From: Chthoniobacteraceae bacterium
Lineage (GTDB): Bacteria; Verrucomicrobiota; Verrucomicrobiia; Chthoniobacterales; Chthoniobacteraceae
DNA: 64,000 nt
Assembly: GCA_031409335.1 (NCBI GenBank)
Contig: JANNWY010000170.1
Span: 64,001 to 128,000 of the forward strand
Direction: 5' to 3'
The translations under genes were made by a program, and so were the position numbers. Each line of letters starts with the position of its first letter. The stretch's first letter is position 1. Under the pieces are notes generated by a model. It was not told where the DNA came from, ran no database searches, and saw only the letters and a program-made list of their open reading frames with translations. Positions 39,601-48,579 of the stretch are shown here, in pieces.

Positions 39601-40137
39601 GTGCCGCCGAAAGCTGACTTGCGACTCGAAATGAAACAACGCATCCGCGCGCTCGATCCGGAGGTGCGCGCGCTGGCTTCGGAAAAAATCCGCCGCGCCA
39701 TCGTCCTCGATGATGCGTGGAAAGCGGCGCGTCTCATCGCCGCGTTTCTGCCGCTGCCGGGCGAGCCGCAGATCGCGCCGCTATGGGAAATGGCGGCGGT
39801 CTGCATTCCGCGGGTTCGCGGGGAAAGCTGCGATCTCGTTTTGCTGCCGCGCGGCGTTTCCACCGATTGGCGGCTCGCTGGCGCGGAGTTCGACGCGCTG
39901 CCCGCCGTCGATCCCGCGCGCGTCGATCTCATCCTGGTTCCCGGCCTCGCTTTCACCACGGATGGGCTGCGGCTCGGTCGCGGTGGCGGATACTACGATC
40001 GACTGCTCGCCAGCCTCCCGCCGCGCACCCGCAGGATCGGCGTCTGTTTTGCCACGCAGATCGTCGCAACGCTGCCAACCGAACCGCACGATCAGCGGGT
40101 CGCACGCGTCGTCACGGAACTAAGCGACATTGCGTGA
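39601..40137 (+). CDS. 5-formyltetrahydrofolate cyclo-ligase
   Basis: K..LR, DLILVPGLAF, RLGRGGGYYDRLL, P.EPHD. Only the 3' part of ORF 38308..40137 is real. Confidence 0.92.
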   Translation: MPPKADLRLEMKQRIRALDPEVRALASEKIRRAIVLDDAWKAARLIAAFLPLPGEPQIAPLWEMAAVCIPRVRGESCDLVLLPRGVSTDWRLAGAEFDALPAVDPARVDLILVPGLAFTTDGLRLGRGGGYYDRLLASLPPRTRRIGVCFATQIVATLPTEPHDQRVARVVTELSDIA

Positions 40138-40512
40138 CGGCACGCGCATTTCAAACGCCGGGATGCGCGTGAACACGGCCTCGCCGGTGTCGGTGGTTCC
40201 GAGAAACGCGCCCTCCGCGATGCTGTCCGACGCGATGACGTGGTAGCTGTTATAGGAGAAATGTTCGCCCGTTTGAATGTGCGGAAACTGCCCGACGACG
40301 CCATCGCCCTCGACCACGATGCGCTGATCCTCGGCATCCGTGACGACCCACTTGCGACCCTTGATCTGCACGGCCTGCGGCGAATCGTTGTGGATCGAAA
40401 TGAAATAGACGAACGGGTATGGTCGCTCCTCCGGCGCGTCGAGTTGGGGCATGAAAACGACGCGGTCGATAGTGACCCTGAGTCCTTCGAGTTCGCGGAT
40501 CGCGGTGGACAT
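40120..40512 (-). CDS. apaG: ApaG domain protein
   Basis: FVYFISIHN, R.W.VTD, VEGDGVVGQFP.I..GE.FSY.S, IPAF. Confidence 0.9.
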   Translation of the reverse strand: MSTAIRELEGLRVTIDRVVFMPQLDAPEERPYPFVYFISIHNDSPQAVQIKGRKWVVTDAEDQRIVVEGDGVVGQFPHIQTGEHFSYNSYHVIASDSIAEGAFLGTTDTGEAVFTRIPAFEMRVPSRNVA

Positions 40513-40566
40513 TTGCGGGGAGGTTAAGCGCGCGAAGCCTGAATCACAATCCCGCTGCTGCTCCGA

Positions 40567-40642
40567 ATCTTGATCGTGCTCCTGCTCTTGATCCTGATCC
40601 ATCCGGCGGAAAGAAGATCAAGAGCAGGAGCACGATCAAGAT
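40567..40642. repeat. 27-bp perfect hexamer-array inverted repeat
   Basis: ATCTTGATCGTGCTCCTGCTCTTGATC (40567-40593) and its exact reverse complement (40616-40642). Confidence 0.85.
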
Positions 40643-40699
40643 CACGAAGAATTGCTGAATGTTTTCCATGTGCGCCGAGTCTCATCCCGCAGCCCCACT

Positions 40700-42520
40700 A
40701 TGAAACACGCCCGCTCCCTCGCAATCGTGCTGGCCGCGCTCGCGGCTCCGCTTTTCCCGCAAAACATCCGCGCCGAGGCCGAAGTCTCGTTCGCGTATTT
40801 TCAAGAAGCGCTGTCGCCTTTCGGCGAATGGATCGAGGTCGCGGACTACGGCCTGTGCTGGCGACCGACGGGCGTGGCGGAAGACTGGGCGCCTTACACC
40901 GATGGCTATTGGGCTTACACCGATGCGGGCTGGACCTGGGTCAGTTACGAGGATTGGGGCGGCATCACTTATCACTACGGGCGCTGGATTCATTTGGTGG
41001 GCGAGGGCTGGGTCTGGGTGCCGGAATACGATTGGGGACCGGCGTGGGTTTCCTGGCGCTCGAACGACGATTACGTGGGCTGGGCACCGCTGCCGCCGGA
41101 GGCGCGCTGGGAGGAAAACACGGGCTTCAGCACATGGGTGGATACGAGCTATGACATCGGGCCGGACCACTATCGCTTCTGCCACACGCGCGACTTCGGA
41201 GCGCCGGTGCTCGCGCCGATCCTGCTGCCGTGCGAGCGCAATGTGACGATCATCGTGAACACGGTGAACATCACCAACATCACTTTCAACCGGCACAACT
41301 CCCAAGTCTTTTGCGGCGGGCCGAATTTTGGACGCATCAACCAGCACGTGCATCGGCCGATTCCTTCCATGAAGCTGCACTGCGAAGATCGTGAAGTGCG
41401 GGGGCCGCACGGGAACCGGACGCCGCAGATCGTGCGCGGAAATCAAATCGCGCTCTACGCTCCGAAGGTGAAACGGCCCGTGGATTTGAAGGCGCTGCCG
41501 ATCACTCCGCAGCGCGTGGTCGGTGCGGACAAGGTGAACCGCGGCTGGTCGCGCGTGCCGGACCTCGCGGCGCAGCAGCAGATCAAACAGCGGCTGCAAA
41601 AGCAGAGCGAAGGGCTCAATCCGCGCACCGCCCCGGCACGACCGGTGAACCCTGCGGACTTGGTTGGCGTTCCGACAAAAGCGGACCCCACGGCGCGACC
41701 GCCGACTGCGCTCGTCCGGGATCGAAGCGGCCCCGCGCGGAACCCAAGCCGGCCATCGCTTCCAGCCATGCTGAACCAGCCAAGGCAACCCGTCACTGAA
41801 GCAAAACCCGCGGCGCAACCTGCCAGTCCGGCGGTGAATCCTCCAGCCGTCGCGGAACGAGTGGAAGCTCCCGCAAATCCGCCGCCGAACGTGACGCGAC
41901 CGGTTGCGGCAAGACCTCCTGGCAACCCGACCGTGCCGAACAGCATTCGTCCACCGCAGTCGAGGCCCGAGCCATCGCGTTCGCCGCAAGTGGCCGTGCC
42001 GGATGTTGCCGCTCGCGCCGCCGAAACAGAGCGAGGTCGGGTGCAGCAACAGCAGCAGGAAGATGCACAACGTTCCGCGATCGCCCGGCGGCAGGCCGAG
42101 TCCGCGCAGCGCGCCAGCCAGGTCCGCGAGCGGCAGATGCAGCAGCAGCTGCAAGGCGAGCAGCGCGCGGCGGAAGTGCGCAATCAAGAGGCCCAGGCAC
42201 GAAGCCAGCAGGCGGAAGCCGCGAGCCGTCAGCGGGAAAACGCACAGCGCACTCAACCCGCGAACGAAAATCGCCAGCAAGCAGTGCAGCAACAGCAGGC
42301 CGCCCAACGCGCAAACGAAAATCGCCAGCAAGCAGTGCAGCAACAGCAGGCTGCCCAACGCGCAAACGAAAACCGTCAGCAGCAGACCCGGCAGGCGCCT
42401 CCGCAGCGCGAATACGTCGCGCCACCATCCCGCCCGGCCCAGCAGGAGCAATCGCGACCCGCCCAAGCCCCTAAAAAAGAGGGCGACGATGACAATAAGC
42501 GGCAGCGCTCCGGGCGATAA
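40700..42520 (+). CDS. Secreted DUF6600-like Trp-rich domain protein with Pro/Gln-rich tail
   Basis: Signal peptide; LSPFGEW, W.PY.DGYW.YTD.GWTWVS.EDWG..TYHYGRW, WGPAWVSWR, VGWAPLPP; low-complexity C-terminal half. Confidence 0.85.
   Translation: MKHARSLAIVLAALAAPLFPQNIRAEAEVSFAYFQEALSPFGEWIEVADYGLCWRPTGVAEDWAPYTDGYWAYTDAGWTWVSYEDWGGITYHYGRWIHLVGEGWVWVPEYDWGPAWVSWRSNDDYVGWAPLPPEARWEENTGFSTWVDTSYDIGPDHYRFCHTRDFGAPVLAPILLPCERNVTIIVNTVNITNITFNRHNSQVFCGGPNFGRINQHVHRPIPSMKLHCEDREVRGPHGNRTPQIVRGNQIALYAPKVKRPVDLKALPITPQRVVGADKVNRGWSRVPDLAAQQQIKQRLQKQSEGLNPRTAPARPVNPADLVGVPTKADPTARPPTALVRDRSGPARNPSRPSLPAMLNQPRQPVTEAKPAAQPASPAVNPPAVAERVEAPANPPPNVTRPVAARPPGNPTVPNSIRPPQSRPEPSRSPQVAVPDVAARAAETERGRVQQQQQEDAQRSAIARRQAESAQRASQVRERQMQQQLQGEQRAAEVRNQEAQARSQQAEAASRQRENAQRTQPANENRQQAVQQQQAAQRANENRQQAVQQQQAAQRANENRQQQTRQAPPQREYVAPPSRPAQQEQSRPAQAPKKEGDDDNKRQRSGR
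42260..42383 (+). repeat. Coding tandem repeat, 51-bp unit x ~2.4 (ANENRQQAVQQQQAAQR)
   Basis: Near-identical units start at 42260, 42311 and 42362. Confidence 0.85.
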
Positions 42521-42628
42521 AACCCGGTCGGATCGCGAGGCGCAGCGGCCTCTTGGAGCGGCTCTTTATTTCTGGTAAATCCCACTAGCCGGGCAGAGTT
42601 CGCCATGCGAGTGTCCGCGCTCTTTCCC

Positions 42629-43711
42629 ATGAAAACCAAAGGCACCCTCACCCTCGCAATCGTCGCTTCGTGTTTCGCCGCTGAATTTTTGATCGGCGCG
42701 GATGCGCCGAAGAAATCAGATCCTGCCGCCGCGCCGACTCCCGGAGCATCAGCCAGCGTCGTGCCGAACGTGGTCGCGGTGGTCGAAGGCACCGAGATTA
42801 CAAAAGCCGAGCTGGACCAGACTGTGAGCGCATTCATGAGCCGGCGCGGACCCCAGGGCGGGAACGTTCCCGAATCGCAAAAGCCCGCCTTCCAGCGCAT
42901 GGTGCTCGACGATTTGATCATCGATCGGCTGATCGCAAAACGATCCGCGAAAGTGGAAGTCGGCGACGGCGATGTGAACAAGGAAATCGAGAACATCAAA
43001 AAGAATTTTCCGACCGAGGAAGAGTTCAACACGCAGCTCACGAAGTCGGGGCAGACCTTGGAAAGGGTCCGCGAAAACATCCGCACAAACTTGCGTCAGC
43101 GAAATTGGGTGGAGGAACAACTCAAGGGGAAGGACGCGGTCGCCGACGCGGAAATTGCGGAGTTTTACACGAAAAATCCCGAGCAATTCAAGTCACCGGA
43201 GAAAGTCCGCGCCAGCCACATCCTGGTGGCCGTGCCGATGGATGCGGCCCCGGAAGTGGCCGCGGAGAAGGAGAGGACCGCAAAGGAATTGCTCGATCGC
43301 GTAAAGAAGGGCGAGGATTTCGCTAAGCTCGCGGCGGAGAAATCCGAAGACCCGAGCGCCAAGCAGAACAGCGGCGATCTCGATTTTTTCAGCAAGGACC
43401 AGATGGTGCCGGAGTTCGCGGACGCAGCATTCAAGATGAAGCAGGACGAAGTGAGCGCCGAGCCGGTGCGCAGCCAGTTCGGCTATCATGTGATCAAAAT
43501 GACGGGCCGCAAGGACGCTGAGACGATGACGCTCGATCAGGTGAAACCTCAATTGCTCACGTATTTGAAAGGCCAGAAAAAGCAGGTGGAAGTGAAAAAG
43601 ATCGTCGAGGAAATGCGGGCCAAGGCGGACGTGAAAATCAATTTGCCGGACGTGCCCGTCACGGGTGCGACCACGGAGCCCGTCTCCGCGCCGCCCGCGC
43701 CGGCGAAGTAA
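42629..43711 (+). CDS. SurA/PrsA-like parvulin peptidyl-prolyl isomerase
   Basis: Signal peptide, SurA-N-like region, VRASHIL, FAKLA...SED, GDLDFF, MVPEF..AAF, SQFGYHVIK. Confidence 0.92.
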   Translation: MKTKGTLTLAIVASCFAAEFLIGADAPKKSDPAAAPTPGASASVVPNVVAVVEGTEITKAELDQTVSAFMSRRGPQGGNVPESQKPAFQRMVLDDLIIDRLIAKRSAKVEVGDGDVNKEIENIKKNFPTEEEFNTQLTKSGQTLERVRENIRTNLRQRNWVEEQLKGKDAVADAEIAEFYTKNPEQFKSPEKVRASHILVAVPMDAAPEVAAEKERTAKELLDRVKKGEDFAKLAAEKSEDPSAKQNSGDLDFFSKDQMVPEFADAAFKMKQDEVSAEPVRSQFGYHVIKMTGRKDAETMTLDQVKPQLLTYLKGQKKQVEVKKIVEEMRAKADVKINLPDVPVTGATTEPVSAPPAPAK

Positions 43712-43836
43712 TTGCGCTCGTGCGCCTCAGCGCGGGGGCGAAAAAAATGCGGGCAAATGGTTTGATGATCGCCGTGGTAGCTGTTGAAATTTTCACCCTG
43801 CGCGGCCTCCCGTGCTGAACCAAGAAACCAATCCAA

Positions 43837-45018
43837 ATGGCCCGCAAATCACGGAAGAACGTCGGCATCATCGGCCTCGGCATCATCGGTGCCCGGGTCG
43901 CGCAGGCGCTGCGCGCGGCGGGATTTCACGTCTTCGTGTGGAACCGGACGGCGAAACCCGCGCCAAATTTCCTCGGCTCGCCGGTGGATGTCGCGGAGAT
44001 TTGTGATGTCATCCAGATTTTCGTTTCCGACTCACAGGCGCTGTTTCAGGTGATCGACGCATTTGGCGGCGCGCTCACGGAAAATCACACGGTGGTGTGC
44101 AGCGCAACCGTCGGCCCGGAGGCGACGATCGAGGCGTCGCGGATAGTGAAGGCGAAGGGTGCGCGCTTTCTCGATGCGCCATTTACCGGCAGCAAAATGG
44201 CCGCGGAAAAGAGCCAGCTCGTTTATTACATCGGCGGCGAGGACGCGGCCTTCAAGAAGGCGGAACCGATGCTGAAGGCATCCAGCAAGTCGATCGTGCG
44301 CTGCGGCGAAATCGGCCACGCCGCCGTGTTGAAAGTCGCGACCAACATGATCACGGCCGTGACCACGCAGACCCTGGCCGAGGCGCTCGCGCTGGTGACC
44401 AAGGCGGGACTTTCACCCGAGACTTTCAAGACCGCGATCGAGAACAATGCCTGCCGCTCCGGCACCACCGACATCAAGCTGCCGAAGATGGTCGCCGCGG
44501 ATTACGACCCGCATTTTTCGCTGAAGCACATGTTCAAGGACGTGCAGCTCGCCATCCACATGGCGAACGCGCTCGATATCGAAGTCCCGGCGACGACGGT
44601 GACGGCGGGCGTGATGTACGGCGCGCTGAATCACGGCTGGGCGGAACTCGATTTCGCTTCGATCTTCAAACTGTACGACGGCGCGTTTCCACCATCGCGA
44701 GTCGTACCGCCGCCCCAGATCGATGGGCCGCGCGCGACGCCTGCGGTGGAAAAAACTTCCCTCGTCTCCGAAGCGAACGAGCCCGCGGCTCCGCCAAAAG
44801 CGCACGATGTTTCATCGCAATCCAACGGCGAATCGAAGCCGATGGAAGTCGTCACCGACGTGCCAAAGGATGCGAAACCCGCGGGCGATGCGGCGTCGGA
44901 CGAAATCAAATCTTCCGAAAAGGCCAGCGATGCTGTGGATGAAAAAGATTCGGCGGAGGACGGGAAAACGAAGCCGTTCAATCGGATCCGGCGCTTCTTT
45001 TCGCAGTCGCCAAAATAG
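43837..45018 (+). CDS. NAD(P)-dependent oxidoreductase (3-hydroxyisobutyrate dehydrogenase family) with disordered C-tail
   Basis: GIIGLGIIG, WNRT, FLDAPFTGSK, KVATN, F.LKHM.KD..LA. Confidence 0.9.
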   Translation: MARKSRKNVGIIGLGIIGARVAQALRAAGFHVFVWNRTAKPAPNFLGSPVDVAEICDVIQIFVSDSQALFQVIDAFGGALTENHTVVCSATVGPEATIEASRIVKAKGARFLDAPFTGSKMAAEKSQLVYYIGGEDAAFKKAEPMLKASSKSIVRCGEIGHAAVLKVATNMITAVTTQTLAEALALVTKAGLSPETFKTAIENNACRSGTTDIKLPKMVAADYDPHFSLKHMFKDVQLAIHMANALDIEVPATTVTAGVMYGALNHGWAELDFASIFKLYDGAFPPSRVVPPPQIDGPRATPAVEKTSLVSEANEPAAPPKAHDVSSQSNGESKPMEVVTDVPKDAKPAGDAASDEIKSSEKASDAVDEKDSAEDGKTKPFNRIRRFFSQSPK

Positions 45019-45036
45019 GAAGACCGGGCGCGCGGA

Positions 45037-45948
45037 ATGAGCGAACTCGCGGATCGATATCGCAGATTCCTGAAAGCGGGCGGCGTCGCGGATTTGAGCG
45101 ACCGCGTAAAGCTGCGCCTCACCGGAGCGGATCGGGTGCGCTTTCTCAACGGCCAGGTCACCGCGAATGTGCAAAAGCTCGCGCCGAACACAGCGTGGCC
45201 TGCGTGCGTGACGACTGCGAAGGGGCGGCTGTGTGCGGACGTGTGGTTGCACGCGACGGCGGACGCGCTCTTTGTCGATGCGGATGCGAGCGTGCGCGAA
45301 TCGCTTCCGCCGCGCTTCGAGCGCTACATCATTTCCGACGACGTGACGCTCGACGACGTTTCCGGCGAGCTGCGGCTCGTGCATGTGATTGCCCCCCTCG
45401 TCGAGCGACCCGGCGTCCGCGCAAATCGGTTCGGTCGTTCTGGCATCGACCTGTGGCTTCACCCCGAAGAATTTGAGAACGAATGGAAGGCTTTGACGGA
45501 TCAGTTTTGCGTCATGGATGAGCCGCTTCTCGAATCGCTCCGCATCGAGGCCGGCCTCCCGCGCTGGGGCCGCGAGCTGGACGAAAACACGCTCCCGCCG
45601 GAAGCCGGCCTCGAACGCACGCACATCGACTACGCCAAAGGCTGCTACATCGGCCAGGAAGTCATCTCGCGCTTGAAGAGCATCGGGCACGTGAATCGTG
45701 CGCTGGTCGGATTCGTCGCGCGCGAGCCGGAGGCGCTGCGCGCTGGCACCCGCATTTTCGCGCCAGGCGAAGGCGCGGTGGAAATCGGCGCGCTCACCAG
45801 CGCCGCGTGGAGTTTTGCATTGGAAAAGCCCGTCGCCCTTGGCTATCTCAAGCGCGGCTCGCCGATGGGCGAACTGCTCGCCCGCGAGGTTGGAGAAACC
45901 GGCCCGGGGCGGATCGTCATCGCGCAAGATCTCCCACTCATTTCATGA
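45037..45948 (+). CDS. ygfZ: YgfZ/GcvT-like folate-binding protein
   Basis: GADR.RFLNGQVT, RIEAG.P, KGCYIGQE signature. Confidence 0.88.
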   Translation: MSELADRYRRFLKAGGVADLSDRVKLRLTGADRVRFLNGQVTANVQKLAPNTAWPACVTTAKGRLCADVWLHATADALFVDADASVRESLPPRFERYIISDDVTLDDVSGELRLVHVIAPLVERPGVRANRFGRSGIDLWLHPEEFENEWKALTDQFCVMDEPLLESLRIEAGLPRWGRELDENTLPPEAGLERTHIDYAKGCYIGQEVISRLKSIGHVNRALVGFVAREPEALRAGTRIFAPGEGAVEIGALTSAAWSFALEKPVALGYLKRGSPMGELLAREVGETGPGRIVIAQDLPLIS

Positions 45949-46604
45949 AAAAATCGCTACTCACTTTGCTCATTCTCTCTCTCGTCGCGCCCGCGCTTTT
46001 TGCGGACGATGTGGCGCTCGTTTCCCTGCGGGTGGCGAAGGAAAAATATGTCCGCCAATTCGCGATTGAATTTGCCGAAGACGACGCGCCGCAGACCGTC
46101 GCAAATTTCAAAAAACTCGCGAAGAAGGGCTTCTACAAAGGCACGACGATCCATCGCGCGTTTGCCCACATGCTCGTGCAGATGGGCGATCCGCTCAGTA
46201 AAAAGAAGGATCGCAGCGCGGTCGGGACCGGTGGTCCGGGCTACACACTCGCGCCCGAAATCCGGCGCAAACACATCAAGGGAGCCGTCGCCGCGGCGCG
46301 GCTGCCGGACAAAATCAATCCGTCGCGCGTCTCGAACGGCAGCCAGTTTTACGTGTGCCTTTCAGCCACGCCGAGCTTCGACGGGCAATACACGGTTTTT
46401 GGCCGCGTCATCTGGGGTCTCGACACACTCGACGCCATCAGCACGAAGACCGTGGACAGCAACGACAACCCGGTCGAGCGCATCGAAATCCGCTCCGTAA
46501 AAATCCTCCCACGCGAAAAACTTCCCGCGCCACCCGCGCCGGAAAAGCCGGGTACGGTGACGCCAAAACCGGACAAAAAACCGTGGTGGAAAATCATTGG
46601 CTAA
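45945..46604 (+). CDS. Secreted cyclophilin-type peptidyl-prolyl isomerase
   Basis: Signal peptide MKKSLLTLL; APQTVANF..L...GFY.G..IHR, Q.GDP, GGPGY, NGSQFY, YTVFGRVI.G; ATGA-coupled to the upstream gene. Confidence 0.92.
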   Translation: MKKSLLTLLILSLVAPALFADDVALVSLRVAKEKYVRQFAIEFAEDDAPQTVANFKKLAKKGFYKGTTIHRAFAHMLVQMGDPLSKKKDRSAVGTGGPGYTLAPEIRRKHIKGAVAAARLPDKINPSRVSNGSQFYVCLSATPSFDGQYTVFGRVIWGLDTLDAISTKTVDSNDNPVERIEIRSVKILPREKLPAPPAPEKPGTVTPKPDKKPWWKIIG

Positions 46605-46608
46605 TCGC

Positions 46609-46637
46609 TTGCGGTGCCAATGACCCGCGCGTATAAA
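46609..46637 (+). promoter_or_regulatory. Sigma70-like promoter of tRNA-Tyr
   Basis: TTGCGG-17 bp-TATAAA ending 16 nt upstream of the tRNA. Confidence 0.55.
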
Positions 46638-46653
46638 ACGCCTCCCTTTTCCC

Positions 46654-46736
46654 GGGTAGGTACCGAAGTGGCCAAACGGGGCGGACTGTAAATCCGCTGG
46701 CTTACGCCTTCACTGGTTCGAATCCAGTCCTGCCCA
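46654..46736 (+). tRNA. tRNA-Tyr (GTA)
   Basis: Acceptor GGGTAGG/CCTGCCC-A, anticodon arm GCGGA-CTGTAAA-TCCGC, long variable arm, T-arm ACTGGTTCGAATCCAGT. CCA is not encoded. Confidence 0.97.
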
Positions 46737-46813
46737 CTCCCCACGCGACCGGGGCGATTTTACGGAAACGGTGAGCGGCGCGGGCATTTGGACCCACAGT
46801 TTTCCAAACGACC

Positions 46814-47914
46814 TCACCGCGCTCCCGCTGCGGAAGCGATGATCAGCAGCACGATGATGACCGCCAGCACGGCGAGCATGATTTTCACCCAACTGAGCGG
46901 GTGCTTGCCGGCGATGGTGCCGGTGTAGCCGTTGATGACGACTTGGAAGGTTTTCGCGCCGTAGTTGTAACTCAGGAGCCAGACGGGGACGAGGATGTGT
47001 TTGAAAGTCTGGCCGGAGTAATCGGCGGCGACTTCGAGATTGCGCTGGGTGTCGCCGGGGACTGCGGCGGCGCAGAGTCGCTCGGTCTTGCGATCCATGA
47101 CCTCGCGCGAGTGCTGCGCGGCGGCGATGAGGTCGATCTGGTATTGCTCGACGACCCAGCCGCTGAGGAAGCCAGGGTCGTAAGCCTTGAGGTCGGATGT
47201 GGTGGGGAAAGGCTCGATCTGGCGCAGGAGGTCGGGCTGCACACCCTTGGAGGCGGCGACGAGTTCATCGTCGAAAAAATGATCAAGCGAACCGGCGGCG
47301 GGCTCCCAGCGGGTTTTTTGCACCTGGCGCGTGCCGCGGCGGCCTTGGGCGTCGGTGTAGGATTCGGTCTCGTAGTAGTGGTAGCCAGCCTGGGCCGTCC
47401 AGTCGGCGTGGACTTGGGCATCAAAGGTCCAGTAGGGAAGATAGACGCCGTGGACGGTGTCGGTGAGGGCGCGGGATTTGAGCGCGTTTGGCGCAAACCA
47501 ACGGTTGCCGTACCACTGCCGGATTTTCTCGCGGACCTGCGTCTCGGGGATCTTGAATTCGAGCAGGTTTTCCGGGCGGATCGGCGCTTTGATTTGATCG
47601 TAGGAAACGAGCGACGAGGAGCCGCAGAAGTCACACCGCTGGCCGACGCGCGTCGGATCGAACACCGAGATCGCCTGGCAGCTCTGGCATTTCACCGAGG
47701 TCTTTTCGGCAGCCCAGCCACGGTGATTTTCGTCCACGTTGCGCAGCGCAGTGGCGAGATCGTTCTCGCGAACGTCGCCGCCGCCCGCAGGCAGTTCGCA
47801 CGGCGAAACCGTCCCGCAAAAAGGACAGACGAGCCCTTTCTTCGCGGGATTCCACTGCGCCTCCGCCCCGCACGCGGGGCAGGAGAATTTACTTTTGGCG
47901 ACGACTTCCGACAT
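46814..47914 (-). CDS. Zinc-ribbon membrane protein (YdjG-like, SPFH partner)
   Basis: CPACG, CPFCG, CQSCQ and CDFCG knuckles; GVYLPYWTFD, LVPVW, VING.TG; C-terminal TM helix. Confidence 0.85.
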   Translation of the reverse strand: MSEVVAKSKFSCPACGAEAQWNPAKKGLVCPFCGTVSPCELPAGGGDVRENDLATALRNVDENHRGWAAEKTSVKCQSCQAISVFDPTRVGQRCDFCGSSSLVSYDQIKAPIRPENLLEFKIPETQVREKIRQWYGNRWFAPNALKSRALTDTVHGVYLPYWTFDAQVHADWTAQAGYHYYETESYTDAQGRRGTRQVQKTRWEPAAGSLDHFFDDELVAASKGVQPDLLRQIEPFPTTSDLKAYDPGFLSGWVVEQYQIDLIAAAQHSREVMDRKTERLCAAAVPGDTQRNLEVAADYSGQTFKHILVPVWLLSYNYGAKTFQVVINGYTGTIAGKHPLSWVKIMLAVLAVIIVLLIIASAAGAR

Positions 47915-48072
47915 CAGCGGACTTCCAATTCGGGCACTTGATCGTCCTCGTACTTCTCGATGAGCACGCCGACGACTTCCATCAGTGAGCCGAGCGGATG
48001 GCTTTCGTCCTCGCCGACCAAGTCGATCAAGGTATCCAGCACGACGACGAGTTCAGGATACAAAACACTCAT
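47914..48072 (-). CDS. Small HigA N-terminal-like antitoxin fragment (52 aa, no HTH)
   Basis: MSVLYPELVVVLDTLIDLVGEDESHPLGSLMEVVGVLIEKYEDDQVPELEVR*. ATGA overlap with the relE stop and TGATG overlap with the next start. Confidence 0.65.
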   Translation of the reverse strand: MSVLYPELVVVLDTLIDLVGEDESHPLGSLMEVVGVLIEKYEDDQVPELEVR

Positions 48073-48338
48073 GGAAAGTGGCGATAAATGTCCCGACGAT
48101 GCAGCGCCCGCGCGAAAACGACGACGCCACCCCGCACGTAAAAGCCCACGCGATGATCCGCGATGCGAACGCGATAGGCTTCTTCATCTGCGCGCAATCG
48201 CTTCAGTCCGGCAATCTCCGCGAGGCTTTCCGCCGCCACGATTTCATCGAAGGCAAATGCCTTCACCCGCGCGAAAGCCGTGCCTCCGCGCAAACGTTTC
48301 AAGTCTTTGAGAAAGGTCGGCAAGTATTCGGCTTTCAA
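48069..48338 (-). CDS. RelE/ParE family toxin
   Basis: FLKDLKRL, LK.L...E.AYRVRI.D.RVG, R.LHRRDIYR.FP. Confidence 0.88.
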   Translation of the reverse strand: MKAEYLPTFLKDLKRLRGGTAFARVKAFAFDEIVAAESLAEIAGLKRLRADEEAYRVRIADHRVGFYVRGGVVVFARALHRRDIYRHFP

Positions 48339-48565
48339 TCGCCTTCAAGTTGGCGAAGCGCTTCGTCACGAGCGATCGGAGTCTCGCTCGCAACCTCCTC
48401 CATCGCTCGGGCCATTGCCCGATCTTCATGCTCTTCCAGCAACGCACGGAAAGCCGGATAGTCGAGTACGACCTTATCGACCTCACCATCAGGCCGAACC
48501 AAATACTCGCTAATCCACGGGAAATCGCCGCGCGGGAGTTCAGCCTGAATTTCGGCCAGCTTCAT
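48335..48565 (-). CDS. Putative antitoxin of the RelE toxin
   Basis: 76-aa acidic protein (VVLDY..F..LLEE.ED..M..AM.E...EAL) overlapping the toxin start (TTGA). Confidence 0.75.
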   Translation of the reverse strand: MKLAEIQAELPRGDFPWISEYLVRPDGEVDKVVLDYPAFRALLEEHEDRAMARAMEEVASETPIARDEALRQLEGD

Positions 48566-48579
48566 TTGTGGGCGCCCGA

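Noticed and set aside
42260..42383. CRISPR-like array
   Set aside because: Contiguous in-frame 51-bp coding tandem repeat with no unique spacers, and no cas genes.
46654..48565. Genomic island integrated at tRNA-Tyr
   Set aside because: No integrase, and no duplicated tRNA 3' end (att site) noticed in the window. The TA genes lie inside an operon, not at the tRNA.
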